A stretch of 64,000 nt of DNA from Pseudomonadota bacterium. GTDB lineage: Archaea; Thermoplasmatota; SW-10-69-26; JACQPN01; JAJPHT01. The stretch lies in contig JAJPHT010000039.1 of the NCBI GenBank assembly GCA_021325135.1, positions 32,001 to 96,000 on the forward strand. The letters are read 5' to 3'. Below are positions 26,960 through 36,332 of this stretch, piece by piece; position 1 is the stretch's first letter, and each line of letters begins with the position of its first letter. Under the pieces are notes generated by a model that saw only the letters and a list, made by a program, of their open reading frames with translations, was not told where the DNA came from and ran no database searches. The position numbers and the translations under genes were made by a program.

Positions 26960-28177
26960 TCAGACCGGGAGCTCTCCAAGCTTGTACAGCTCGCGCCCGA
27001 TGATGAGCCGCTGCACGTCGTTGGTGCCCTCGTAGATCTCGCTGATGATGTGGTCGCGGAAGGCGACCTCCAGGTCGTCGAAGCCCTCGATGAAGCCGCG
27101 GGCCCCGTAGACCTGCATGCACTTGTCGATGGTGCGGCCCGCGCACTCGGAGCCGAGCACCTTGACCATGGCGCTCTGGCGGGAGACCTGGTCGCGGAAC
27201 GGGCGCGGGACGGACTTCCCCTGCGCGACCATCTCGTAGTAGTGCTCGCAGTCCTGCGCGGCCTTGTAGCACGCCATCCTCAGGGCCCAGATCTCGGCGC
27301 CCGCCTCGGCGAGGGTGAACTGGATGGCCTGCTTCTTGCCCAGGGGCTCGCCGAACTGCTCGCGGGCCTTGACGTACTGGAGCGTGCGGTTGAGGATCGC
27401 GTGCGCGCCGGCCAGCGAGCCCAGGCCCAGGATGATGCGGCCGCCGTCCAGCGCGGTGAGCGCGGCGATGAACCCCTCGCCCACCTTGCCCAGGATGTTG
27501 TCCTTGGGCACGCGCACGCCGTCGAGGTGGATCTCCGCGGTCGTGCTGAGGCGGATGCCCATCTTGTCCTCGACGTTGGCGACCTTGAACCCCTCGCGCT
27601 TGGACTCCACGATGAAGGTCGTGACGCCGCCGCGGGCCCCGAGAGCCGGGTCGGTGACGGCGCTCACCATGAGGTAGTCCGCGACGTCTCCGTTGGTGAC
27701 GAAGATCTTCGTGCCCGAGAGCACGTACTCGTCCCCGTCCAGGACGGCCTGCGTCTGGATGTTCGCGGCGTCGCTGCCGGCCTGGGGCTCGGTGAGCGCG
27801 AAGGCGCCGATGGCCTTCCCCTCCGCGAGGGGCTTCACGAACTGCGCGCGCTGGTCCTCGGTGCCGAAGAGGTAGAGCGGCTGCACGCAGATGCCGGTGT
27901 GTGCGCCCACGATGGTCGCGATGCTGGCGTCAAGCTGCGCCAGCTCCTCGATCATGATGCAGTAGCCGACCTCGCCCATGCCGGCGCCGCCGTACTCCCG
28001 CGGGATGGGCACGCCCATGAGGCCCTGCTTCTGGAACTTCCGCACGATGGGCCACGGGAACTCGTGCCCTTCGACGAAGCCGCGCGGCAGCATGGGCCGC
28101 ACCTCCTCCTCGATGAACTCGCGCACCGTCTGCCGGAAGAGGTCCTGCTCCTCCGTGAACGAGAAGTCGAGCGCCAT
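26960..28177 (-). CDS. Acyl-CoA dehydrogenase
   Basis: FALTEPQAGSD, GTKIFVTNG, KMGIR, IYEGTNDVQR. Confidence 0.95.
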   Translation of the reverse strand: MALDFSFTEEQDLFRQTVREFIEEEVRPMLPRGFVEGHEFPWPIVRKFQKQGLMGVPIPREYGGAGMGEVGYCIMIEELAQLDASIATIVGAHTGICVQPLYLFGTEDQRAQFVKPLAEGKAIGAFALTEPQAGSDAANIQTQAVLDGDEYVLSGTKIFVTNGDVADYLMVSAVTDPALGARGGVTTFIVESKREGFKVANVEDKMGIRLSTTAEIHLDGVRVPKDNILGKVGEGFIAALTALDGGRIILGLGSLAGAHAILNRTLQYVKAREQFGEPLGKKQAIQFTLAEAGAEIWALRMACYKAAQDCEHYYEMVAQGKSVPRPFRDQVSRQSAMVKVLGSECAGRTIDKCMQVYGARGFIEGFDDLEVAFRDHIISEIYEGTNDVQRLIIGRELYKLGELPV

Positions 28178-28279
28178 GGTGACGCCCCGCGATCGACCGC
28201 GGCGGCCATGAAGGTGTTGCCTTTGCGTGGTACGATGGGGAGTGAAAAGGCCATCCGGGGGCCCCGCTCTCCCCGGCCG

Positions 28280-28648
28280 ATGCGCCCGTGCCCAGGCTGC
28301 CGCGCCGAGCACCACAAGGACGCCTCCGGCCGCTGCGCCCGCTGCGGCGGCGCGTGGCTGCCCGGCCTCGCCGACGGCCCCTTGCGCCGCCTCGTGGGGA
28401 AGGGCCCGCTCACGTCGCTCAACTGCCCGGACTGCGGCGGCGCGCTCAAATCGCTGGACGTGCCAGGCCCCGTGTACGAGGGCGACCTCTTCTGGGGCCT
28501 GGAGACGGCGCGCCCCGCGGGAACGTGCGTCGCCGAGGGGTGCCCGCGCTGCGGCGGCGTGTGGGCCGACGCGGAGAACCTCCAGCGAGCGGGCGCCCTG
28601 CCGGCGTTCCTCGCCTCGCTGGAGCGCGTGCGCCGCGGCGCCTCGTGA
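28280..28648 (+). CDS. Zinc-ribbon (zf-TFIIB-like) repeat protein
   Basis: Four CxxC motifs, CGGAW and CGGVW; similar to 3343-3759. Confidence 0.7.
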   Translation: MRPCPGCRAEHHKDASGRCARCGGAWLPGLADGPLRRLVGKGPLTSLNCPDCGGALKSLDVPGPVYEGDLFWGLETARPAGTCVAEGCPRCGGVWADAENLQRAGALPAFLASLERVRRGAS

Positions 28649-28686
28649 GACGCCAGGCTTTTCGACCGCTCGGCGGACGGCCCGGC

Positions 28687-29145
28687 ATGCCCACGCGGAC
28701 GCTCTGGGTCCCCCTCGTCCTCCTCCTGCTGGCGGGCTGCTCCATGCCGCAGCAATCGACGGCGCCCGGGCCCGCGCAGCTGGAGGGCGTCACGGCCGAC
28801 GCCCGCTTCTCCAACGCGACGACGCCCCAGGAGCTCGTCCGCACGCTCACGGCCGCCGGGTACGCCAACGTGAGCACCGACGACGCGAGCCGCGTCTGGT
28901 GGGTCGCCTCCCCGCACACCGCCGAGACGGCGACCCTCAACGCCTCCGGCGTCACGCTGCGCATCGCGTGGGAGGCGCGGCAGCCGCCCGCCTCGGCGCC
29001 TTACAGCAGCGACGTCTCCGCCCAGCAGGCGCAGATGCAGCAGGACGCGCAGCCGGAGGTGCAGGCGCGCCTCGACGCGTTCGAGGCCGCGACCGGCTGG
29101 ACGCACCAGGGCCCGCTGGCCTGGGGCCCCCTGGGCGGCTCCTAG
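28687..29145 (+). CDS. Hypothetical lipoprotein
   Basis: LLLLAGC lipobox. Confidence 0.7.
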   Translation: MPTRTLWVPLVLLLLAGCSMPQQSTAPGPAQLEGVTADARFSNATTPQELVRTLTAAGYANVSTDDASRVWWVASPHTAETATLNASGVTLRIAWEARQPPASAPYSSDVSAQQAQMQQDAQPEVQARLDAFEAATGWTHQGPLAWGPLGGS

Positions 29146-29324
29146 TTGCGCGGATCGTCCCGATTGCGGAGCCGCTGGACCCGCTCGTGGGCTTCGCGCT
29201 CGCGTCGCGCGGCGGCGGGGATCTCGTCGGGCTCGGACATGTTGATCTCGTCCTCCAGGTCCTTGAGGGCAGTTCGGTGCTCCCGGATGGCGTCGTGGAG
29301 CGAACGCCGTCGTCTCATCGCCAT
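29142..29324 (-). CDS. Possible small charged helical protein
   Basis: MAMRRRRSLHDAIREHRTALKDLEDE...; weak codon support. Confidence 0.3.
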   Translation of the reverse strand: MAMRRRRSLHDAIREHRTALKDLEDEINMSEPDEIPAAARREREAHERVQRLRNRDDPRN

Positions 29325-29488
29325 AGGCTGGAGCACGTCTGCGCTCCGATCCGACTTAGGGATTGCGCCGACGGGGGGTTGCTTGACCGCGATCTTTTTC
29401 TCCCCCGTCTCGGACGGTTCCCGAAGCGTCCGGGGCTTCCAGCCCCGCTCCACAACGCGCTTCGCGCGCGACGCGCCCCGGCGCCACG

Positions 29489-30064
29489 ATGAACCGCGTC
29501 CCCCTCGTGCTCGGCGCCTGCGCGCTTGCCGTGATCGTCGTCGCCGCCGCGGCGGCCGTCCTGCCCGACGTCCCCGCGGCGCTGCCCCCCACGGGCCAAG
29601 GCTTCCTCCTGGTCCCGGGCATCCCGGGGGAGTCCCTGGACGCGCGGCACGCGGGCGAGACGGACGTGCTGGGCGTGCAGTTCGGCGAGACGCGGGAGTT
29701 CTCGCTGACGGGCTCCGGAGTCTCCTCGCGCGTGCAGTTCGCGAGCATCCTCGTGGAGACGCCCTTCGACAGCTCGACGCCCCAGCTCATCACCCGCGGA
29801 GCCTCCGGCGAGATCCTCCCCTTCGTCACCCTCACCCTGCGCCACGCGGACGGCTTCGAGTACCTGAGGATCAACATGACGAGCACCGTGATCTCGTCCG
29901 TGAACGTCAGCGGCGTCGATCCCGGCACCCCGTCCGCCCCCCTGGTCACGCTGGGCCTCGGCTTCCAGCGCATCACGTTCGACTACACGGTGGAGAACTC
30001 CGACGGCACCGCCGGGCCGACGATCCACGGCGGCTGGGACGTGGCGCTGGACCGCGCCGCGTGA
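29489..30064 (+). CDS. hcp: Hcp (type VI secretion tube)-family protein with N-terminal signal peptide
   Basis: IPGES.D..H, DSSTPQL, EYLRINM..TVISSV, F.RI.FDY..ENSDG, GWD. Confidence 0.85.
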   Translation: MNRVPLVLGACALAVIVVAAAAAVLPDVPAALPPTGQGFLLVPGIPGESLDARHAGETDVLGVQFGETREFSLTGSGVSSRVQFASILVETPFDSSTPQLITRGASGEILPFVTLTLRHADGFEYLRINMTSTVISSVNVSGVDPGTPSAPLVTLGLGFQRITFDYTVENSDGTAGPTIHGGWDVALDRAA

Positions 30065-30074
30065 GCGGCCCGGC

Positions 30075-30680
30075 CTATGGCATCAGGCTGGAGGGGCCCC
30101 CGGCGAGGCCGATCGTGCTCGCGGCGTCATTGCACATGTGGACGTACCTGCAATAGGCGTAGTAGCCGCCGGCGACGCCCAGGCAGATGGCGCACGCCGC
30201 AGGGCCGTCGAAGAAGCAGACGAAGGCGCAATCCGCGCAGTCCTCGCCGAACTGCGCGGAGCACTCCGCGCAATCCGTCGCGTATCCCGATTCCGAGGTC
30301 AGCGTGTCGCACACCGAAGAGATCGCCACGGAGCAGTTGACGACGCTGGTCCCTCCGCGGGCCTCGCGCAGCGACAGGAGGACGGAATCGGGAATGCTCG
30401 CCGCCTTCGCAAGGTCCTTGACGACGTCTTCGTGCGCCTGGAGGAGATGCGAGTAGGGAAGCGTCCCCTCGTCGAGGGCGACGATCTCGGCCATCGTCTG
30501 CGCCGAGAGGACGCCGGAGGCCGCGAGCGGCTCGGCCTGCTGCCGGACCTCGTGGAGGAGCGCCGGGAGCTTCGAGAGATCGCCAGACGCCCCCGCAAGG
30601 GCGTCCCCGGCGGCGACCGAAGGCATCGTGAGGGACGTGAGCAGGACGACCGTCGCGATCGTCGCGATCCGCTGGACCAT
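30075..30680 (-). CDS. Secreted precursor with Cys-rich halocin-C8-like C-terminus
   Basis: Signal peptide, helical pro-region, 11 Cys in the C-terminal part (DCADCAFVCFFDGPAACAICLG); alternative start at 30713. Confidence 0.6.
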   Translation of the reverse strand: MVQRIATIATVVLLTSLTMPSVAAGDALAGASGDLSKLPALLHEVRQQAEPLAASGVLSAQTMAEIVALDEGTLPYSHLLQAHEDVVKDLAKAASIPDSVLLSLREARGGTSVVNCSVAISSVCDTLTSESGYATDCAECSAQFGEDCADCAFVCFFDGPAACAICLGVAGGYYAYCRYVHMCNDAASTIGLAGGPSSLMP

Positions 30681-30808
30681 CGTGAGCTTGGGCTTGCAGG
30701 GCGTAGGTGACATGGCTCGCACTCCGCAGGCAGATGCCGCGGGCAGGGCATAACCTGCAGTCTGGCGCTCCCCGCTCCATCGGGTTGACCGCTGCTTGGT
30801 CCGGCGTC

Positions 30809-31840
30809 CTACGCCATCCGCAGCACGACCTTGCCCTCGGCGCCGCCTTCGGCGAGGCGGCGGTACGCCTCCGCCCCCCGCTCCAGGGGGAACGCCCCGT
30901 CGATCACGGCGCGGAGCCGCCCGGCGAAGACGAGGTCCATCACGGTGTCGAACTCGTCGCGCGTGCCCATGGTGCTGCCCAGGATGGAGAGCTGCTTCCA
31001 GAACACCTGGTTGACCTCCATGGGGAAGTCGTAGCCCGTCGTGCCGCCCACGGTCACGATGCGGCCCCCGCGGGCGGCGGCGCGCAGCGTCCTGGACCAG
31101 GTGGCGGCGCCCACGTTGTCCACCACCACGTCCACGCCGCGGCGGTCGGTGAGGCGGCCGATCTCCTTCTCCCACGCGGTGGAGGCGAGGAGGCCGTGGT
31201 CGGCGCCCAGGTCCAGCGCGGCCTTGAGCTTCGCCTCGCTGGTGCCCACGACGTGGATGGGCCGCGCGCCGGCGAGCTTCGCGATCTGGATGGCCGCGGT
31301 GTTGACGCCGCCGCCCGCGCCCACGACGAGCACGCTCTCCCCGGCGCGCAGGCGGGCGCGCGTGACGAGCATGCGCCACGCGGTGAGGAACGCGAGGCTC
31401 GCGGCGGCCGCCTGCTCCAGGGGGAAGCCGTCGGGCACGCGCTTGAGGTTCGCCACGGGGACGACGGCAAATTCCGCGAAGACGCCGCGCGTGTGCTCGC
31501 CGATGAGCCGGTGCTCGCGGCAGAGGCTCACCTCGCCCTGGCGGCAGTACGCGCAGTGGCCGCAGGAGAGCGAGGCCCACACGACGACGCGGTCGCCCGG
31601 CTTCCACGCGGTGACGCCCGGGCCCACCTTGTCCACGACGCCCGCCGCGTCGCTGCCGCCCACGTGCGGCTTCGCCAGCTCCAGCCCCTTCCACCCCTTC
31701 AGCACGAAGAGGTCGAGCCGGTTGAGCGCGGCGGCGTGGACGCGGAGGCGCACCTCGCCGGGGCCGGGCTCGGGCGCGGGGACGTCGAGGACCTGGAGCT
31801 TGGAGAGGTCGCCGTGCTCGTGGAAGCCCAGGGCGCGCAT
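30809..31840 (-). CDS. MDR-family zinc-binding dehydrogenase/quinone oxidoreductase
   Basis: LNRLD, GSDAAG, CGHCAYC..C, GAGGGV, GKVVL. Confidence 0.9.
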   Translation of the reverse strand: MRALGFHEHGDLSKLQVLDVPAPEPGPGEVRLRVHAAALNRLDLFVLKGWKGLELAKPHVGGSDAAGVVDKVGPGVTAWKPGDRVVVWASLSCGHCAYCRQGEVSLCREHRLIGEHTRGVFAEFAVVPVANLKRVPDGFPLEQAAAASLAFLTAWRMLVTRARLRAGESVLVVGAGGGVNTAAIQIAKLAGARPIHVVGTSEAKLKAALDLGADHGLLASTAWEKEIGRLTDRRGVDVVVDNVGAATWSRTLRAAARGGRIVTVGGTTGYDFPMEVNQVFWKQLSILGSTMGTRDEFDTVMDLVFAGRLRAVIDGAFPLERGAEAYRRLAEGGAEGKVVLRMA

Positions 31841-31879
31841 CGCGGGCCCATGCCGGCGGCGGGGGAAAACCCTTGCCGC

Positions 31880-33202
31880 TCAGCGCAGCGCGGGGCCATC
31901 CACCTGCGTCGCCAGCGTGATGTCGCTGCGCGGCTCCGCGGCGTCCAGGGCCATGCCCGTCGTCGCGGGCCGGTCCTTGGGGTACGCCGCCAGCAGGTGC
32001 CCCGTGGGGTCCAAGGCCGCCTGGAAGAAGTCCCCCATGCGCCGGTCGTTGGGCGTCGGCGCGTTGACGACGCCGAACCCCTGCGGCCCGACGCACGAGA
32101 GCCCCTGCGTGCAGATGCTTCCCGTGTGGACGTCGGGCGCAGCCACCTCCACGCCCCACGTCGCGCCCGCGTCGAGGCTCGTCGCCGCCATGAGGTCCCA
32201 CTGCGTGGTGGCGAGGTCGTAGTCCGCGCCGAGGTCGACGTCGCTGCCGCCCGCGGCCTCGCGCGCCTGGTACCAGACCACGGCGACCTTGCCCGAGGCG
32301 CCCGCGACGATCCACGGGAAGACCGCGCTGGGGCTGCCGACGCCCGCGGGCCCCGGGCTGGGGTCGGAGACGGGGACGGGCGCGCTCCACGAGGCCCCGC
32401 CGTCCAGGCTGCGCGCGAAGAAGACCGTCTCGCCCGTGGAGGTCTGCATGGACCACGCGACGTAGAGGTCGCCCGCGTCGTCCACGGCGAGGGCGGGGAA
32501 GAGGAGCGTGGTGCCGGGCGTATCCGCGGCGTGGAACGCGCTCCACGTGTAGCCGCCGTCCACGCTGCGCGCGACCTGGAGGTCGGCCCCGGTGAAGAAG
32601 GGCTCCAGGAGCGAGCCGTCAGGCGCCTGCACGATGCGGCCCGCGAAGGATGCGGAAGGGACCATGGTGAAGGGGCCCGAGAAGGTCTGCGCGGCGTCCT
32701 CGCTCACCCAGGCGAAGAGGCCGCCCGCGTGCGCGGTGACGACGACGTGGCCGTGCCCGCTGGCGGCCATCCACTGGCGGTCGTAGGACGAGGAGCCCGG
32801 CGCCAGGTCCACCGTGCGCGCGAAGGTGCGGCCGTGGTTGAGCGACGTGGAGACGGGCATCGCGGAGTCCAGGGCGTTGGCGGCCGAGGCGAGGTCGACG
32901 ACGTACACCGTGCCATCCGCGTCCACCGCCACGTCCGCGTCGCCGCCGCCCTGGCCGGTCGCGACGGAGCGCCCGAAGGTCGCGCCCCCGTCGGTGGAGG
33001 TCCACAGCACGGCCGACGACTCGAACGACGCGACGTACACCCGAGCCGGCGAGACGCTGGCGTCCACGACGACGGAGGGCTCGCTGGCCAGCACGGCGGG
33101 CGCGACGGAGACCTGCGCATACGTGGGCGGCGCGCCCGCGGCGAAGAGGGGGAGGGCGAGGAGGGCCAGGACGGCGGCGAGCGCCATCGTGCTGCGCGGC
33201 AT
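31880..33202 (-). CDS. Secreted BNR/Asp-box (sialidase-like) beta-propeller protein
   Basis: Signal peptide; repeated SxDGGxT(F/W). Confidence 0.8.
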   Translation of the reverse strand: MPRSTMALAAVLALLALPLFAAGAPPTYAQVSVAPAVLASEPSVVVDASVSPARVYVASFESSAVLWTSTDGGATFGRSVATGQGGGDADVAVDADGTVYVVDLASAANALDSAMPVSTSLNHGRTFARTVDLAPGSSSYDRQWMAASGHGHVVVTAHAGGLFAWVSEDAAQTFSGPFTMVPSASFAGRIVQAPDGSLLEPFFTGADLQVARSVDGGYTWSAFHAADTPGTTLLFPALAVDDAGDLYVAWSMQTSTGETVFFARSLDGGASWSAPVPVSDPSPGPAGVGSPSAVFPWIVAGASGKVAVVWYQAREAAGGSDVDLGADYDLATTQWDLMAATSLDAGATWGVEVAAPDVHTGSICTQGLSCVGPQGFGVVNAPTPNDRRMGDFFQAALDPTGHLLAAYPKDRPATTGMALDAAEPRSDITLATQVDGPALR

Positions 33203-33256
33203 CGGGCCCGCCACCGCGGGCAGGCCGATAAGCGTTCGCGGGAGAGCCTGGTCGGA

Positions 33257-34264
33257 TCACGCGAACGGGTTGAGCGGCGTGAGGCCGTAGAGGGGCAGCA
33301 GCGCCGCGAGGAAGCCCAGGATCGCGCCGCCGTTGAGGAGCGGCAGGCCCGCCTGCGGGTTCCCCTTGAGGACGAACCACATGAGGGCGCAGAAGCCCAG
33401 GAGACTGCCCACGAGCGTCGCGAGGGCGACGACCACCGCGCCCGAGACGCCGCCCACGGTCACCGCGTTGTCCAGGAAGGTCAGGGCGGACACGACGAGG
33501 ACGCCGGGGATCACCGCGTCGCCCAGCCCCATGAACATCGCCTCGCGCTTCTCGGGCTTGTCGTCCGGGTCCGGGTTCTTGATCTTGCGCGTCTCCTCGA
33601 GGAAGGAGTAGCCGCGGTGCTTGGGCACCACGAACATGATGGGGAGGCGAAGCTCCAGCACGCTGTCCGCCAGGTCCAGCATGTGCTTCGTGCGGTAGAC
33701 CGCGATGGCGTCGTACACCGCGAAGGCCACGAGGAGGATGAGGCTGGGCAGCAGGCCGAAGCTGATGCCGAAGATGCCGGCCGCGCCCGCCGCCACGAGG
33801 ATGCCCACCGCGTCGATGACGTACCACTCGGGGTAGAACCACAGCAGCGCCGTGAGCCCCAGGGCGAGGACGGCACCCGCGACGCCCGCAAGCCCCACGC
33901 CGAAGGGGGGGCCCGTGCGGTCCACCACCGTCCCCAGGAGCGGCGCCGCGACGTAGTAGACCGTCATCAGCACGCTGCCCAGCACGATGTACTTGATGAG
34001 CACGCGCTTGCCGAACTTCGCGATGAGCAGGATGAGCACCGTGAAGAGGACCACGATGCCCAGGTAGATGGGCGCGTTGAGCAGGCTGTTGGGGTCCGCG
34101 AACGCGCGGATGTTCTGCGAGAGGAACGTGAACGAGAACGCCATGGCCAGCGCGATGGACACGACGAAGAGCGCGCCCATGGACGCGACCGCGGGCCCGT
34201 CGCGCTTCAGGTCGGCGCGGGACGTGGGCTCGCTCGCCTGCGCGGTCGCCGTGGGCTCGGCCAT
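33257..34264 (-). CDS. Presenilin/signal-peptide-peptidase family intramembrane aspartyl protease (PSH)
   Basis: YDAIAVYRTKHM, MGLGD, PQAGLPLLN; about 9 TM segments. Confidence 0.93.
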   Translation of the reverse strand: MAEPTATAQASEPTSRADLKRDGPAVASMGALFVVSIALAMAFSFTFLSQNIRAFADPNSLLNAPIYLGIVVLFTVLILLIAKFGKRVLIKYIVLGSVLMTVYYVAAPLLGTVVDRTGPPFGVGLAGVAGAVLALGLTALLWFYPEWYVIDAVGILVAAGAAGIFGISFGLLPSLILLVAFAVYDAIAVYRTKHMLDLADSVLELRLPIMFVVPKHRGYSFLEETRKIKNPDPDDKPEKREAMFMGLGDAVIPGVLVVSALTFLDNAVTVGGVSGAVVVALATLVGSLLGFCALMWFVLKGNPQAGLPLLNGGAILGFLAALLPLYGLTPLNPFA

Positions 34265-34312
34265 CGCGCGGCGAGCGGACGCGCGCTATTTGAGGGTTCT
34301 CGGTTGCGCCGC

Positions 34313-34780
34313 CTAGGCCGTGGGCGCCTTGCCGCCCTTCGCTGCCATGGCGATCTCGCGCTCGATGAGTCCGAAGCCCGCCGTGAGGCTCGCGCGCCAC
34401 TGCTCCACCATCTGCGGCAGCGCGCCCGCGAGCGGGGGCGAGGGCGTGACGGTCATCTCCACGCGGTGCAGCGTGCCGTCGCCGTGGGGGCGCACGCTCT
34501 CGCGGATGACGAACGAGAAGAGCACGTTCCCCTGCGGGTCGCGCTGGTCGCCGCGCACGGTCCAGCGGTCCTCCGCCGCGACGTCCACGGTCATCGCCAT
34601 GAGGCCCATGGGGTTGTCCTGCTCGCGGCGCACGACGTGCCCCTGACGGACGACGCGGAAGGGCGTGGCGTCGCCGAAGAAGCGGCCATCGTCGGCGCGG
34701 TAGTCGGTCATCCACTCCTTCACGAAGCGGGGCGGGGCGTGGAAGCGGTTCTCCAGGACGAGGTTGGGGGCTTCGGTCAT
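34313..34780 (-). CDS. SRPBCC/START-like fold protein
   Basis: FHAPP.FV..W.TD, beta meander, C-terminal amphipathic helix. Confidence 0.6.
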   Translation of the reverse strand: MTEAPNLVLENRFHAPPRFVKEWMTDYRADDGRFFGDATPFRVVRQGHVVRREQDNPMGLMAMTVDVAAEDRWTVRGDQRDPQGNVLFSFVIRESVRPHGDGTLHRVEMTVTPSPPLAGALPQMVEQWRASLTAGFGLIEREIAMAAKGGKAPTA

Positions 34781-34885
34781 GTCGGGACCTCACGCCCTCG
34801 AAGGCGCGCCGGGGTGCTCATCCCTGCGGGGCCGCCCGCCCCGATTTCGGACACGCTTATGGCCCGGGGGAAGGGATGCCGCCGC

Positions 34886-35824
34886 GTGGACGACGTGGAC
34901 GTGGCCATCCTGCGCGAGCTGTCGCGGGAACGGGTCGTCGTGTGGGGCACGCAGGACCCGCGCCTCTCGGCCCAGGCCATCGCCCGCCGGCTCTCCCTGG
35001 ACCCGACGACGGTGCGCGACCGGCTGCGCGCCTGGCAGAAGGAGGGCTTCCTCCTGGGGTTCACGGTGCTCCCCAACACGTCGCTCTTCGGCGCGGGCAT
35101 GGCCAGCGGGGCGCTGCGCGTCCCCGATCCGCGCGCGAAGGCCGGCGTGCTCGCCGCGCTGCGCAGGAGCGAAGGCGTGATCGGCCTCATGGACCACGTG
35201 GGGGAGTGGATCGGCGTCGGCTACATGGACGAGAGCGGGGAGGCGCTCCAGGAGCACGCCGCCGCCGTGGCCGCGCTGCCCGGCGTCGCGGAGGCCACGC
35301 CCCCCTTCCGCGTGCCCACCCTCGTCTCCACCATCGACCTCACGCCGCTGGACTGGCGCATGCTGCGCGCGCTGCGGGCGCACCCGCGCGAGGGGCTGGC
35401 CGTCGCGGCGAAGGAGGCCGGCGTCTCCACGCGCACGTTCACGCGGCGCTACGAGCGGCTCGTCGAAGGGCGCGCGCTCTGGTCCATCGGCCTCTACGAC
35501 TTCGGCCGCTGCGAGGGGCGCGTCCCCGTGCAGCTCATCCTCACCATGGAGGACGCCGAGGCCGCCGCCTCGGGGTGGGCTGCGCTGCGCAAGGCGCACC
35601 CCGGCTGGTTCGCGGGCCACGTCGTCCCCACGCCCGTCGAGGGCTCGCCCCTCCAGGTGGCCGACCTCTACTTCGCGCTGCCGCGCATGGGCGACCTGGA
35701 CCGGCTCGTGGCCGACGCCTGGGAGCTTCCGGGCGCGCGCGAGGTGGAGGCGTACCACCCGCTGCGCTTCGAGATGTTCGGCGGGTGGGCGGACGAGCGG
35801 ATCGCGGAGGCGCTGGGGAGCTAG
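34886..35824 (+). CDS. Lrp/AsnC-like regulator with two HTH modules
   Basis: VDDVDVAILREL..IARRLSLDPTTVRDRL; LTPLDWRMLRAL..AKEAGVSTRTFTRR. Confidence 0.8.
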   Translation: MDDVDVAILRELSRERVVVWGTQDPRLSAQAIARRLSLDPTTVRDRLRAWQKEGFLLGFTVLPNTSLFGAGMASGALRVPDPRAKAGVLAALRRSEGVIGLMDHVGEWIGVGYMDESGEALQEHAAAVAALPGVAEATPPFRVPTLVSTIDLTPLDWRMLRALRAHPREGLAVAAKEAGVSTRTFTRRYERLVEGRALWSIGLYDFGRCEGRVPVQLILTMEDAEAAASGWAALRKAHPGWFAGHVVPTPVEGSPLQVADLYFALPRMGDLDRLVADAWELPGAREVEAYHPLRFEMFGGWADERIAEALGS

Positions 35825-36327
35825 CGCCCTTCGAACGCCGTGACGAGGTCCCACGCGTTGCCCGCGCCGATGACGACGAGCAGCAGCGCCGCGACGGCGA
35901 GCGCGCCCTGGCCGCGCCCGTCTCCGTTCAGGACCGCGACGCCGCCCACGAGGACCATCACGCGCGCGAGCACGGGGCCCGCCAGGCGCCACACGATGGG
36001 GATGGCGCGCAGCGCCTCGCGCTCCTGGGCGGGCGCGTTGCGCAGGCGCGTGACGGCGAGGACGCTCTGCACGAGGCTGATGGAGCCGGCGATGAGGAGG
36101 ACGATGGCGAGGCTGCGGTCGTCGGGCCAGGGCGCGAGCAGGATCGCGGCGAGCCCCATGGCCGTCAGGAAGTAGTAGAACGCGCCGCGCGCCAGCGTGA
36201 CGGCGTGCCGCGACCCGAGGATCTCGCGCATGCGGAGCGTGAGCGCGACGAAGACGAGGCCCGCCAGCGTGGCCGACGCGCCGCCCACGAAAAGCCAGAA
36301 GTCGTGCCACGGCGCGAGGTCGAGCAT
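35821..36327 (-). CDS. Membrane protein
   Basis: WHDFWLFVGGASATLAGLVFVA...NAWDLV; 5 TM segments. Confidence 0.7.
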   Translation of the reverse strand: MLDLAPWHDFWLFVGGASATLAGLVFVALTLRMREILGSRHAVTLARGAFYYFLTAMGLAAILLAPWPDDRSLAIVLLIAGSISLVQSVLAVTRLRNAPAQEREALRAIPIVWRLAGPVLARVMVLVGGVAVLNGDGRGQGALAVAALLLVVIGAGNAWDLVTAFEGR

Positions 36328-36332
36328 GCGGT

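Noticed and set aside
25145-28648. 1167-aa ORF on the plus strand
   Set aside because: Antisense shadow of etfA, etfB and the acyl-CoA dehydrogenase; only 28280-28648 is credible
29489-30064. Complete T6SS, eCIS or provirus
   Set aside because: No sheath, spike, baseplate, capsid or terminase genes nearby
30707-35824. 1705-aa ORF on the plus strand
   Set aside because: Antisense to four well-supported genes; only 34886-35824 is a credible gene
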